A stretch of 64,000 nt of DNA from Haliotis rubra (taxonomy: Eukaryota): the NCBI RefSeq assembly GCF_003918875.1, contig NW_025766780.1, positions 3,472,001-3,536,000 of the forward strand. The letters are read 5' to 3'. How positions within the stretch are numbered: the stretch's first letter is position 1; the number at the start of each line of letters is the position of its first letter. A model generated the notes under the pieces. That model ran no database searches, was not told where the DNA came from, and saw nothing but the letters and a program-made list of their open reading frames with translations. Position numbers and translations under genes: made by a program. Shown here one piece after another: positions 13,541-27,978 of this stretch.

Positions 13541-15068
13541 CAATCATGATCAGTTGGTACGACGGGGTTGCCTTTAGGGATGAACATTCACCTGAAGAGC
13601 TGGTGCAAACACTTTGTTAAAACATACTAAACATAATGGAGACCAGTACGTCTACATCCCTCTAACAGGATTTGCTACCAGATACGATAGAGAAGGAGTC
13701 CTTCTGGATGAAATGGAATATATATATCACTCAGAGTTTGGTGTGGTGTGGCTTGTTTCGCTTTCAACAAAGTGTCGAAATACCTTTATAAATGTTTTCT
13801 AAACTACCGAGTTTACACCCTAGATTTCCCATATCATATCTACAGTTGCATGTCAGTCCTAGGTTAACTCACTGTTGTCTCAACCTGGGGCAAATGTGCA
13901 TGTGATCTAATCTTATCAATTGCGATGTACTCTTCCTATTGCTTACTCTAACCCATTGTTAATGTCCAGCATATAATACAATACGTAAAAATATAATTCA
14001 TTAAAGCATTTTAATTTGTCCATCCATCAATTGATCAGTTTTCTTCTCTATTGAATTGTTGAAATGTTTATATTCATCAAGCCATGATGATAAGAAAATT
14101 GTTCATATGCAATGTACTATAGCCTATGGCCTCCTCAGTACTGAAGAAAGATTGATTGATATACAGAGAGATGGTGGTTGAAGTTTTGTCTTTAGCGTAA
14201 AACATACAGCCAAGTTTTTACAAATGTGAAACAAATACTTATACGGTATCTGTGCATTGAAACCGTCCCACTGGAATACCAAAGGAGTGTGCGAATGGGT
14301 CTTGTTTATTGCCGCTTTTATCAATACTCAAGCTATGTTATGGCGTGTCATCTTAATGTGGGAGGGACGCCTAAAGTGATGGAGGTCTCAGACTTTTACC
14401 ACTTTGGTGAAATCCAGGAGCTGACAACCCTGGAGGGAACCCAGATTCGAAACCCAGTTCAGATTGTTTTTATCCCAAAGGTACGCAACTCTGCACAACG
14501 AATTGTAGCGCATGAGACAACTGTACAACCCACACGCTATGTAAAATATGATCACTGAACATATATTGAGGGAAACAAGTAAGGGAACACCACTTCATGG
14601 CATTATTCCTTTATTTATTATCAGATTTCCTCCCACAGCGCTATTAAAAACAGGTGATGAAGCCTGGAAACTATTATATTTTTATTTTCATGTGTTCCTT
14701 TATTTGTTTCTCTCAGTATATGCTGACCACTTAGTATACAGTATACATGTATACAGTATGATCCAATGACGCGTTAAATATTTGGTACATTACACACCGA
14801 CATGAATTTGACGCCAGCATGTTGTATTTTAGACTTGGTAGAAATGACAAGCTCACGTGTTATCCTTTTGTGACGAGTTGACCTCTTAGATAACATATCA
14901 GACTGCATAAGATTACACATGACTGTTTGTGATATATATAACGCTATTGTGACGTAAAAGATAGGGAGGTTGTGTTCCAAAGGTTGTTTGGTTAAAATGA
15001 CTGTTAGAATGTGTTTCAGCTGTGTGCAGTACTGTGCCAACGACATCGATCTGTAGTCGATACCGAGG

Positions 15069-18000
15069 ATGTATATCAAGATGAAGATAACTGTACTGTT
15101 TGTCACATTAATGTGGGTACAATTTGCTTCTTCAGTATCTCAAGGTAAGCCGTGTCTTTCTCGGAGTACTTAAGTTACGATAATTGAACATGTACACTTT
15201 GTTAAGCTGAGTGTTTACGGTGTAATCATGTCAGTACATGCAAACATCCTCCATTGTCGGCTTTAGAGACATCACATTGCGAATTACACTGAATACCATA
15301 TTCTTCTGAACCCATATTGTCTGCGTCATGTCATTCTATGACACGACAACCAACTTAATATCTGCAGTATTTTGCATTTTCCAAAATGGCGGATGTTTCC
15401 TCCATGAAACTCAAAATGTTACCAGACCCGTGAAGATCCGAGTTAGAACTGGTCTTCAGCAACCCGTGCTTGTTGTAAGAGGCGACTGACGGGATCGGGT
15501 GGTCAGGGTGGCTGACTTGCTTGACACATGTCATCGTATCCCAACTGAGTAGATGCTCATGCTGTTGATCACTGGTTTGTGTGGTCCAGAGTCAGTTATT
15601 TACAGACCGCCGCCATATAGCTGGAATATTGCTGAGTGTGGCTTTAAACAAGAAACAAACCAACCAACAAAACGGTAATCTTACAGTTAACGTATATCTG
15701 TATGTTGTCAGTTGACGCTTAACTGAAGTAAGTGTTGAGATTACTAATATTATTTCTTAAATTTTTAGACCTGAACTCGCCATGTCTGAATGTCTCAAGA
15801 TAATATACAGACACACTGGCATTATGGATGTGATGGTGTATATTTCAGAATCATATTGTAGCATTGGTATTACCGCCAACCAAGCTGTGTCTGAGCTTGT
15901 CTTTACGCAGTTAACCAACTTGTGTCAGTAATGAGATATTGATATAGTAAAGTATGGACTTCTAGAAGGAGCATATTGTCCTGTTGTCACGTAGTCGCAT
16001 TGTCGTACTTTGGTTAATTCTGCTACTTTTGGGGTCTTTTTTTATTTTAAGGACGACGTGTCTCTTCTAAGATTACATGGTTTAGAGGTTAAACCACAAT
16101 GGCAAGAATATGAGAGACTGACATTATACTCAGTGATATTTAATAACAAGATTATACATTATGATTTTTATTACAACAGCCAAAATGATTAAAAGTTTTT
16201 CTAATATCAAATATGTTGACCTCATGTTGTCAACAGCAGGCTTGTACATGCTTGTATCTGAGTCATCAACCACATTGTGGTTCAGTATATCCTTCAACGA
16301 TGTATATACGATATGAATATGGGGGGTTCAGTATATCCTTTAACGATGTATATACGATATGAATGGTACCTAGGACATTTGAACATTTGTTTCAGACCTG
16401 AAGGTTGTGTACACGAATGGGTCAGCTATTCCATTCCACAACAAAACCCTATGTTATCAAGAATGGTATGACGTGCAATGCGACAAGGATTGGTTTGCAC
16501 CAATAAGAAACATATTTGCGCTCAAAGACCCGGCGTTTTCATCAGATAACAATTGCACTGGCCAGAACACATACCCAAAACAATGTTGTAATGTGGATCC
16601 AACTGACTGCAACTTTACAAGCATTAAGGACTTTGACCAGATTAGAAATGTGTGTTCGGGGAAGACATATTGCAAGGGCAGAGAGCGCCGTGGCACCCTG
16701 TGTATGAAAATAAACCCAACATGCGCTGCCCATATCAACAAGGGTTGACATCTGTGTTGACAACCCAATACGTCACAACGGAATACATGTGTGCACCATG
16801 TAAGTATCAACGTATGAGAAATAATGTAATCCACCTTGGCCACTAACATGATTATGAATCTGCATAAGATCATACGCTTTAAATGGATGCATATCTTAAG
16901 CCTTATTGTCAAGTCAATAAATGTTCACACATTCAACCTTGTTTTCCGTTGCAGCCACCTATTTTTGAGCTCAAGATACTTCAAACACTACTCCTTCCTT
17001 ACGAATTGACGTGACAAATGTTCATAAGGATTGATCATTTAAAATAATAATGATGAATCAGCAAAGAGGCGAATAGTTTGTTCTCAGTTCAAATGGGTAT
17101 TTTAAAGATCTGATTCCGAAAATTGCAATACATTTCAGACCTTGATACAGACGCATTACACATGGACTTGCAGTAAATTATATATCAGATTATATTATGT
17201 GCATTCTTTACAAGTTGTTATAGTCTTTACAATGAATAAGCGAACGAACGCCGCAACGAGTAGGAGGGTCGTCGAGGTGAGCGTCGAAGCTTGGGCGCGA
17301 GCCTGAGTGGAGCCGCCTTGGGTGCAGATCTTGGTGGTAGTAGCAAATATTTAACTATTCCAGCTGTATGGCATTATATATTATACTTAATGTTAAGAGA
17401 CAGCTCAAATGATTCATCACACAGATTTTACCACTTTAGTAGGGATCAGTCATACCGACGAAGCAAGGCATTTACTAGGAACAAATCTGTGATTCGTATC
17501 TGTATGTCCACGACCATGTGCTTATGGTACTCCAAGGCAACATAACCAGTCAAAATATACCAAATCATAAATGTTAACTATAGATATATACGTAATCTCT
17601 TTCGTGGTGATTCCATACAGTGGTGCAAGATAGGGACACTTCGTGGTTTAATGGTGACCTTTGTGGAACGTTTGATGATCGTTATACTGCATTACTCAGA
17701 ATGGCAGCTTCTTTCGAAAAACAACCGATACGTAGCTTGTTTTCTTTGCAGATCGATCAATTCAGCCCATGTGTGAAAGGGGACAAAGATGGGGAAAGGA
17801 CTGTTTCTGTCGTCAAAAGATTATCCCGACTACCATCCTCAACAAACAGGCTTCAACTGTTCTTGCCAGGTTGTGTTTGGGACCAATACAACACTGAAGG
17901 TTGCAGCGATTGATCTACGACTTTGTTCTTCCAGTAGCCGATGTGGGCGTATTCTCAACATAGGTGATGCCCCGCCAATCAGTGTCACCAACACAGTGGA

Positions 18001-20537
18001 GGAGAAGGATCCCTCCTTACCCGATTCAATCTATGGCATTGTTGGAATGAAGGAAATCTACTCGGTCGCATCAACAACTGGTCACGTGACGGTGGAACTG
18101 ACGGATGTGGATTCCAAGGAAGACGTATATTTATGGATGTANNNNNNNNNNNNNNNNNNNNNNNNNNNNNNNNNNNNNNNNNNNNNNNNNNNNNNNNNNN
18201 NNNNNNNNNNNNNNNNNNNNNNNNNNNNNNNNNNNNNNNNNNNNNNNNNNNNNNNNNNNNNNNNNNNNNNNNNNNNNNNNNNNNNNNNNNNNNNNNNNNN
18301 NNNNNNNNNNNNNNNNNNNNNNNNNNNNNNNNNNNNNNNNNNNNNNNNNNNNNNNNNNNNNNNNNNNNNNNNNNNNNNNNNNNNNNNNNNNNNGGCAGCT
18401 TTCAGCCCGGCATTTTCTAGAGAGAGAGAGAGACATATGATGGGTTGTTGAAAGTAGTTTCAATGTTTCAGGTTCCGATATGACCGTAACATGTGATGAT
18501 GTGACTACGTTCACTACAACCACCACAACCACCACGACAACAACTACAACTGCACCAACCACATCAACCACACCGACTACACCCCAAGATCCACAACGCC
18601 CACAACAACGTCCAAACTTGACGACTCCTGTAACCACGACACCAACTACAACAACTGCGGCTACTACAACTACTAAACACCAAACACCAACTCCAGGTAA
18701 GATGCGGCTGAAGTGAGGGGGACCAGACCAATGTCTGACCCGCCACTGATAGAAGTGTCCTGCTCTGTCGCTGGAGGTGGATCTTGATATTTTGTCGTTA
18801 ATGTCACCAAACCAAACTATACTTCTTTAGCATGATGAATTCTGTAACAACACACCTTTGACACCCAATCCTATTGTTAGAACCTGAGGTTAATTATTTT
18901 TAAATGCCTTTATTGCTTGCAAGAGCTATTTTTCAAAACAATCTTAGGGTGGTCGTTATGCCCAGTACATATTCCGGCTGACTGAAACTGGATGTAAATG
19001 ATTTGTGTACTGGACGTCCCAGTTGTTTAAAACATATTTCAGCTGTTACTAATGGTTGACTGCAAGGGGAGTAGTCATGCTACATTACATACTCTGTAAC
19101 ATATATGGTAATTGTTTTCTGGAATGTGTTGGGTGGTTATGAAACGCCAACGAACAAAGAGTGTTTTGTTCATACGGATATGTGATATATTTCAGGCGCT
19201 CCAAATAAAGCCGAGAACAATATCGGCTGGAACTATGCGCCAGTGTGTAACTGTGAACGTGTATCAGCTCTATCAAGGAAGCTTTATTGTAAGTATTCTA
19301 CTAATACCCACGTGTCTATATGTATTTGATTGTATCGCCTTTATGGGGCATGTTTACAGCTGCTTCCGGTACAAATAGCCTGCTTACATAGGGTGTTAAA
19401 CCTACACCCAAACGTCGCTCTAATTGCAATAAAGAAGTTGTTTATCCATATATTGTTATCCTCCCTTAATGGAAATGCATGTTCAAACTCATTGTTATAA
19501 GCGTCAACAACATGTTTCAGATATCGAGCTGGCATCATCCGCGCTCGGAGGTATTGTCTTCACTGCAATATGCTGGTGCATGTATTCTATGTGGCACAAG
19601 TAAGTGGCAAATAAGTACAGAATGTACCTGTAAACAGTTGTATTGATGATTCTAACAATGTCACATATTTCAAGAGTAGCAGTTATTTCACGAGCATGTC
19701 GTTACGTCTTGTAGATTCATTCATATGTATTGCGTTGTATTATATACAAAACAACCAAAAACAAATTGCCTAATACATGAAATATCTAAGCGCATCAGAG
19801 AAACTCTACCAGTTCATTCACCTGTTATAAATAACAAAAGTATTTTTATACAGACGTCATTAGACCAGATTGACAAAGGTAATCAGTGAGACACCAGTGG
19901 TCTAAGTACGTAAAGACCATATATCATGGATCTTTAGTTGACATATGTGTCATTTGTTTAGTTGACATAATTATGTTGCAGGCATAAAAAGGCCAAAAAG
20001 GCCAAAGCCCTGAGAAGGAGGAAAGTCTCTGACCAGTTTCCCATGGACGGAGGCAGAAAGAACTACTTCAACAACGACACACGGAGTGTCTACAGCATCG
20101 AGCCATGTGACTCAGCTTCTCAGGTAGGGGTTGCAAAGCCACGCTATGTGAACTATCTCAACAGAAACCAGCAAGCAGCCCGACAAGCCCAGAAAGCAAA
20201 CCAGAGAGGAGCTAACCAAGGTGCCCCACGGAAAGTATCTATTACGCATGATGTCCCTAATGAATACGATGTGATAGATGAGGGTCGCACGAAGACAAAT
20301 GACGAGGAAGTGCAGTCGAAGGATGATATCATCAACAAGCTGGCTGATAAGTTCAGTGCATATCCTGACTTAGAGAAGGTAGTACGGCAGCAAGCTAAAG
20401 AACGTGTCAATTGCCATTATGAGACTGATATTAATGATGATACTGACATCAAGATTATCCTCGGCGGCTTTGGGTTGGAAATACTAAAACAAACCTTGTC
20501 AGACATGGAATCACAAGATCAAAGTTGTCCGTCTTAA
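15069..20537 (+). CDS. Paralog 2: type I membrane protein (signal, SUEL-like, CUB-like, Thr-rich stalk, TM, Tyr-motif tail); two frameshifts as assembled
   Basis: Exons: 15069-15144 (MYIKMKITVLFVTLMWVQFASSVSQ), 16396-16799, 17752 to gap at 18141, 18472-18696, 19196-19288, 19521-19599 (TM ELASSALGGIVFTAICWCMYSMW), 19982-20537. Frameshifts at about 16683 and about 17778. Confidence 0.75.
15425..15670 (+). mobile_element. SINE family B
   Basis: Full-length copy of the same consensus. Confidence 0.85.
16396..16799 (+). CDS. Paralog 2 exon: SUEL/Gal_lectin-like domain
   Basis: LCY..VQC..NNC..KQCC..TDC..VCSGKTYC..RCP..QYVTTEYMC (joins ORF 16407 and ORF 16652). Confidence 0.72.
17250..17351 (+). 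pseudogene. 28S (LSU) rRNA fragment in an intron
   Basis: Contains the conserved eukaryotic LSU segment GGTGCAGATCTTGGTGGTAGTAGCAAATATT preceded by ACGAGTAGGAGGG...; only about 100 nt long. Confidence 0.8.
17752..18141 (+). CDS. Paralog 2 exon: CUB-like domain (3' end in N gap)
   Basis: LFLSSKDYP..CSC.V..LKVAAIDLRL..C..L.IGD..VYLWM. Confidence 0.72.
19982..20537 (+). CDS. Paralog 2 terminal exon: cytoplasmic tail
   Basis: Phase-2 continuation from the TM exon; basic stop-transfer KHKKAKKAKALRRRK, then ORF 20043-20537. Confidence 0.75.
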
Positions 20538-21119
20538 GTGCTAGCTATTGGTTCATGTAGAACACAACTAGTCATGTACGTGGTACAAACGATCCCTAAT
20601 CTGCCTTCACTACTTTTGTACCTTCTTTGTAATGCATTACCTTCACTTAATCGTACTTGGCCCACATGTGTCTTAATCGTTACAGAGTAAATAGGCCTAT
20701 TCAAGATCGCGCAGTATGTGGTAACTGATTGCTGATTATGAGATGCTGAATGCTTAGAAATAATGTCGTTTATATTACATAATAGTTATGTGACTAAATT
20801 GGGAAGCTCAGGTTTAGCTTATCCTGCCCCGTGCAAGCATGTATGCTACAGAAAGATACAAAGATCATCTCGCTACTTACGATTGATTTTTCTGGATGAC
20901 CTACGCATGGTCATAATAACACAGGTACTTCAACACTTGTGATTAACTCGAATTAATAAAACACCTTTTAGAAAACACGACATGTGCTACTGATGATTGC
21001 TGGTAACACATGTCTAAGGTGTTCGTCAAAGTATACAAGTGGTCCACAAAAAAAGCGGGAAGACAGTTTTCTCCTGTTTGCAACTCGGCGTCATAGCTTC
21101 CTGAGTCCCCCACTCACGG

Positions 21120-21174
21120 GCTGATCTGGGGTATTGTTGATCTGGGGTATTGTTGATCTGGGGTATTGTTGATC
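21120..21174. repeat. 16-bp tandem repeat
   Basis: gatctggggtattgtt x3. Confidence 0.75.
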
Positions 21175-22574
21175 AAATATTGTTTGTTGGCTTTGTGTGG
21201 CACAGCAATGTTTTGTTCACGGAATATGGTAATTCAACAAATGCACACAACTTGTACGTATTATCTTTTAGTGGTGATCGTTAGCAGTAGCGTATAATAA
21301 TGGACATGTTTCATCATGTAATGTATATTAGCTGTTGTTTTTTGTGCATATCCATATCGCTGAAGATAACGAGATGACGTTATTATTGTGAGTCATCTGC
21401 TGATTTCTTGCGTCACGTGTTCCTGCTATGCATGTACTTTAGAATTGGAAAAAATAAATGATCGAAACTAAGATTTATTCTGATAATGATACTTGGCTTG
21501 TCCATAGTCAAAGCCTTTAGCTTAGATGGATGCATTTTTGTATGCACTTTTCTGTATAACGCTTTAGTCTTGCCGTTGACCTCAGTTCTATACGAGACAT
21601 TTAGAAACTGCCGAAATGCCCAATAAACTAACATAGTTTTTCCTCAGGGAGAGGATGTACGGCTTGGGAGGGGTTAAGAATGTAGGCTGTCCAAATGTGA
21701 ACGTTTGTCATTCCTGCACACCAAGCTCTGGTGACAATACATAGAGAATACTACACGAGGTCTCATTACATACGAAATATACGAAACGAGTGTCCTTTCT
21801 ATGGTATCTGACCTTCTAATAACATAGGAAAGTCACGAGTTTCGTATAATTCGCATGTAATGAGACCCAGTGTGGTATTTTATTTATTGCCCACGTCTTA
21901 CATGCATTAAATTGACAAAACGCGTATTTTTGTAAATATTTTGGTTTCAAACCGAAACCGGTTTCATAAAGAGGTTGCGGAAACGTTTTGTACTGTAGTA
22001 CAAATTTGCATGACGTCACACTGTAATGACGTCACTGCCTTGGTAACCGACGTCACGATGCATGTCAGTTGTCATCGCCTCGTACAGCCTCCTACAGTAA
22101 ACTACTCCGTAGCACCCCGTTTCTTGGTTTGCAGCTGCTTCTTTCGGCCAACATCACTGGTGGAAACATTGCGTTTATGTTTTTTCGACGGATATAATGT
22201 CTCAGATCGACTCACACATTAAACAGGACACGGCAACGTTCGCGATGTTAACATTCCCACAATGCATTTAAGTTGTAGAATGAATGAATTCACGTGTTTG
22301 TTATGAATGAAAAAAATAGTTACGTCAGAATGTGACCTATTTGAGAGGTCATCGGTTATCCAATCAAATCGTTAGAATCTCAGGTCAAGTCGTTACGACA
22401 CAGGTCAACGCGATACGACACTCGTGTGACGAACGAGATTAGTATGCAACTACCCATACGTTGACCACGTGGGTAATAAAGAATGTTTTCCTATCAGTTG
22501 ATCAGTACTACAACATTCAAGGCCTCGGTATGGATTTCAAAATATGCCAGACACTTTGAGCACAACATTTGTGA

Positions 22575-22700
22575 TATTTGGGATTCCATTTTCTAAGTAA
22601 ATTACAGATTCTAGTACTTTTGTTGGGTTGAGTCCCATTCGATATTCGTACCCACACTCTCATAGTCAGCCAGCTAACCCGCTCAGCCACCGCGACTGCC
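22575..22700 (-). mobile_element. Further tRNA-like SINE family (second copy at about 9524-9610)
   Basis: Shared tgggatt..agtaaa.tac.gattctagtactttt..gggt.gagtccc..cgat between the two loci. Confidence 0.5.
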
Positions 22701-23254
22701 ACGTGGAGTACATTTCTATATGAAGCATCAGTGACACAGTTATGTGATACCACTCTCAGTTTGACTTGTGCTATATGTTCTCGTGTTTTTCAGGTGAACA
22801 TTTGACTTGTGCATGTTTGTGACGGCTCCTACACCCGTGAGAAATGTCACCAAAAAATATATTCTTTTGAAACTGTAATAGGCTTCTCTGCCCAGTGACA
22901 GTTGAAGTTGGCTATAATAGGGTTTAGGACCTTGTGTTGTGTACTTTTTTATGTGGGGATGGTAAAGTAGCCAACTTCAAATAGGCTCTATGAATCAGGC
23001 CTCATTGCTGGTAAAAACATAACAAAGAGAAACTCAATTATTTATTTACAAAACCCGAAATATCCCAAACTACCACAAAACATTCTAAAATGATATTTTC
23101 CCAAGGCTAATGATGACAGCAAGGGCTTCCACAGCTACGTTCAGCGCACCAAGTTTGTTGGACAGCATATGAAAGTTGAGTTAGAGGACGTCAATGGAGT
23201 GGTCACAGCACAGGGCCACAATAGGTCTTCTGCCTCGAAGTACTGCTGCTCATA

Positions 23255-24325
23255 AACGGTTACGAATGGCTTGCGCTCACACTCACACAGCACGTTCACA
23301 ACAGAGGCACAGAGCACTCACACAACATGCACACAACACACATGCACCAGATGCAGACAACACGCACACACTCACAGAACATGCATACAACATGCACACA
23401 CAACACGCACCACACCACACACGCAACACAAACCACACACAAGCAACACACGTACCACACTTACTCGCCCCGAGCTCACAACACGCACTCACACAACACG
23501 CTCATAACACTCACACAACACGCTCACAGCACACACGCACCACATGCCGACAACACGTGCAAAACACTCACACAACATGCACACACCAGACACACGCGCC
23601 CCACGACCCCCACCCCCACCCTTTCGCGTCCCTCGTGGTGCACGCTCACAACACGCACAAAACACTCAGTCAACATGCAAACACACTCAACACAACACGC
23701 TCACAACCTTCACACAACGCTCACACAGCCTGTACACTATACTCAACACGCTCACCACCTTCACACAGCATGCTCACACAAAACGCACACAACATTCACA
23801 CATCACGCACAGAACACTCATTCAACATTTTCACAACACGCTTACACCACACACGCACCACGTGCATACAACACGCACATAACACTCACACTCCGCGCTG
23901 ACAACACTCACCACACACGCACCACATGTAGATAACACGCACTAAACACTCACGCAACATGCTCACAACACGCTCACACCACACAAGCACCACTCACCAC
24001 GTGCAGACAACAGGTACACACCCCTTACACAACACGCAAACACTCATACAACACATGCAGAGAACACGCTCACAACGCGCTCACACAACACTAACACAAC
24101 TCTCAGGCAACAATAACACAACACGCAAACACACACAACACGCTCACGCAACATTCACAGAACACGCTCACAACAATCACTCAACACGGAAACACTCAAA
24201 CAACAATCACATAAGTCGCAAACGCTGAAACAACACTCAGACAACACGCTCACACATTACTCACACAACACTAACACAATGCCCACGCAACACACGCCAT
24301 GCTCACACAACACTCACACAAGACA
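23255..24325. repeat. CA-rich degenerate minisatellite (cacaacacgctca-like)
   Basis: Low complexity; produces spurious His/Thr-rich ORFs in all three frames. Confidence 0.85.
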
Positions 24326-24337
24326 ACAGGCCTGGTT

Positions 24338-24520
24338 CTAATAGGCGACTAATGGGATCGTGGTCAGGCTCGTTGACTTGGCTGACATGCTATCGTATCC
24401 CAATACGTAGATCGATGTTCATGCTATTGATCACTGGATTGTTTGGTCCAGACTCGATAATTTACAGACCGCCGCCATATAGCTGGAATACTGCCGAGTG
24501 CGACGTTAGACAAGCAAAAA
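24338..24520 (+). mobile_element. SINE family B, 5' truncated
   Basis: ggcgactaatgggatcg...gctggaatactgccgagtgcgacgttaga. Confidence 0.8.
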
Positions 24521-25702
24521 ATCAAGGGTTCATATATGTCTGTCTCACAGTACAGTACTCAGTTGTGTAAGTAACACAACCATTTTAGACATATGTTAGA
24601 GAGTAATAAGACGAAGAAGTCGTGTAAAGAACCAGTAGGCATATGTAGGACTTGTGGAACCAGTGGAATGAATGATGCAGAAATATTAAATAAACGTTGT
24701 GTCTACTCACATTTATTGACGTCGCGACCCCACGTGTAACTGTGGCTGCGGGTGCGGTTGTCATTGGGGTCGCAAATGGAGTGGATGACGTCGATGACGA
24801 CGCCCGGTTCACGGCATGTGAAGTTGGTGTAGCCTGGGCTGGACACGGTTGTACAAAGCGATCTTAGCGCTAAGGTGACCGTAACTCCCAAACCTTAACA
24901 TAGACTTAAGATAGGCTTAGCGCTACTTCAGGTTGTTTTTGGGCCAGCTGCATCAGACCTAAAGATCGTAACAAAGGAAACATGGCTGATGATACTAGTA
25001 AAGTCAATAGCGAATAAGTATTGCGATCAATAAACGACACACGTGAAAGATCTGTGACAATATCTGTGTGTTACAGTACGCCATTAGGGAGCAACCATTT
25101 CAAAGGAAGGGGAGCTTGATTGAGGTTTGAGATCAGCAGTTTCTACATGTTTAGAAGCTTAATTATTTTTTCCAACATAATGAAAAAGGGACTCCTCTAT
25201 GATTCGATACACACCGCCTGAAAGAAAAAGGGGCACATATATTCCAGTAAAACAGAGACTTTACTATTTCAGAAAATACCAACTCCCCACCGCGAAAATC
25301 AAATGGTTGCGTCCATAAACCCGTCCAGCAGCACGTGCGAATCAGCTGAAAGTTCAAGCCTTGCGTCAAATTGCAAGCATCTGAAACAATGAAGTACTGA
25401 GACGTCTCAAATCTAAATACCCACCCGACTGTGTTACGCAGCAACGTCCTAGGTGCATATGAGTAGCACGCATTCCCACACAATGGAGATCAATTTCGTT
25501 TTTGAAATCAAAGCACACAAACTGTATCACCTATAATCTGAATTCTACTTGATCATGCATGAATCTTTTGAAGATATTCATGTGTTTCAAAATCTACGCA
25601 CTGATGTTACGAAAGAGTGTTGTGAGATGAGCTTGTCCATTTATGAGTTTCATAACTGGTGGGCATGTGAATATGTATAAGTTTATGTAACTTTCAAAAT
25701 CT

Positions 25703-26971
25703 ATTCTACCATTGCTACGTGAAATTCTCGAATTTGATTGGTCAATCACAAAAATCAGACGGTATCAATTTTGGATTGACAATGCGTCTGATTTCACGGC
25801 GCTTCACTGCGCACGTATACATCACTGCCGCACTACTTCAGCTTGGCCACCAACATGACTAATATCAACACAACAGACGTGATGGAAATGCTGATAAAAC
25901 ATTTATATAAACTCGAAAAATACAATTATAAGGGAACAATTATTAGGGAACCTCACTATCATAATTATTACCTTCTATTATAAAAAATATTCAAACTCAA
26001 TTACAATACACAGCCCCAAACATAAACAAACAATATCTAACATATAAATCAGAAGACCTTGTAAAAATACATCCCTATCTATCCCTATTTGTGCGGCAAA
26101 ACGTTCGTAAACATTTACTTTCCTGGTAAATGGTTTATTTGTTTCAGTTTAGAATGGGAAATTCGCACCATAACCGTCAGGCGAAACACAAAATTTATGC
26201 CACTCATACTCCATCATGTCTCGTTGCATCGTTCAAAATGTCAAAAATTGAACCACGAGAATTCCGCTCCCTGACACCTTCCCCGCAAGGCTGTCACTGG
26301 TGTTCGTACACTTTGAAAAAGCTTGGCCACAATCCAGTCCCAAATGATGAGAACAATGTTCCAAGGAATGCCAAGTTAGTCGCATGTACACAAAGCAGCA
26401 CTGTCACTCTTTCGTCGCATGCCGGGGTGGAGGCATGATCGACACTCGCCGGTCATAAAAATCAATAGTCTTTGATGAGTTACAGGTCGTAGGTCGATCA
26501 GAAAAGGATCTATTCTTCGATTCTGCAGGGTTCAGGTTCGATAGTCAGTCAAGTATTTTCCACTGTCACTTCAAATTTCAACCTTTCGCAAAATGTAAAC
26601 ACTGGCTTGTCCGCCATTTCAAACTGTTGCCTAACTGTCTACTTCCAAGAAAATAAGTAGGTCAGACGATTCCATTATAGTGTGGCCAGGGAGGTACAGT
26701 AACACAGCACACAAAACAATAGGCTGGTTTCGGTCGTGTGGAGTTATGATTATAAAAAACAAGCTCTTAGGTGTTACATTATTGCATTGACTAAACAGTA
26801 GTTTGTTTTCTTTGGACAGAATAGTTTTTATGTTGCAATGTTTAACAAAATACGAACGGCACCTACCACTCCCTTCACAGATGAGTTCAATTCGCCTCTC
26901 GTCCCATGCCGGATTACGCAGTGTCTTCCGCAGGACGAGGAAGTTCGATTCTAAATCGATTATGGTAGAAT
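25703..26971. mobile_element. Putative non-autonomous DNA element
   Basis: 10-bp terminal inverted repeat attctaccat / atggtagaat with subterminal gattggtc; no intact ORF. Confidence 0.35.
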
Positions 26972-27424
26972 TGAGATAAACATACTGTGTTTGGAAATTA
27001 GATGAATCTTCGGCTTCAAATGAAATTTAGAGACTATCAATTCGGGGAAAGACTTCTGCCCGTATTCCCCCTTAAAATTCATTCTGGTCAAATCATATCA
27101 CCTGAATATATATTCCTCATCTGATAAGGATGAGTTTTAACATGTTTCTTTAATTGTATCTGAACAGACTGAAAGACATATCCAACTTCTATAAATGCCA
27201 CTCAAAGAAATTTTTCCTTATCGTTAAAAGCTAGGGGGGATACAGGCGGAAGTCTTACCCTTAAAAATACTGGAAAGAATCATTTGGAGATACTAGAGAT
27301 ATGCATTAATGAATACAAGTGTAGGATCTTTATAGCACATGTTCTGAGGACAGGTTTGACATTGAGATTCGCGTCGTAAAGAAAAGTTGGTAAAACGGTC
27401 GTTAAGGTTAACTGCATTTGACAA

Positions 27425-27947
27425 CCTACTGCATGTACTTTCACCACCATCACCACCACAAATACTACTATTATNNNNNNNNNNNNNNNNNNNNNNNNNN
27501 NNNNNNNNNNNNNNNNNNNNNNNNNNNNNNNNNNNNNNNNNNNNNNNNNNNNNNNNNNNNNNNNNNNNNNNNNNNNNNNNNNNNNNNNNNNNNNNNNNNN
27601 NNNNNNNNCCATGACCACTTCCATTACTACTACTACTACCACTACTACTGGTACTAATACTACTGCCACTATTACTACTGCGACTTTCACCAATGCTACA
27701 ACCACTACTACGTGTACTACTTATGTTACCCCTATTACTACTACGACTATTGACCCGTGAGGTCTGGGCTAGAATATTGATCTTCAGTAACCCATGCTTG
27801 TCGTAAGAGGCGACTAACGGGATCGGGTGGTCAGGCTCTACTACCTGGCTCTACTACCTGGCACCGCCACTACTACTACTACTACTACTACTACAACTAC
27901 TACAACTACTACGACTACCCCTACCACCATTACTATTACAACTATTG

Positions 27948-27978
<31 letters not shown>

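Noticed and set aside
18105-18451. ORFs spanning N runs (also near 27.5k, 28.2k, 50.3k and 60.4k)
   Set aside because: Artefacts of assembly gaps.
23194-24228. His/Thr-rich ORFs of up to 235 aa
   Set aside because: Open in all frames because of CA-rich low complexity; no splice context.
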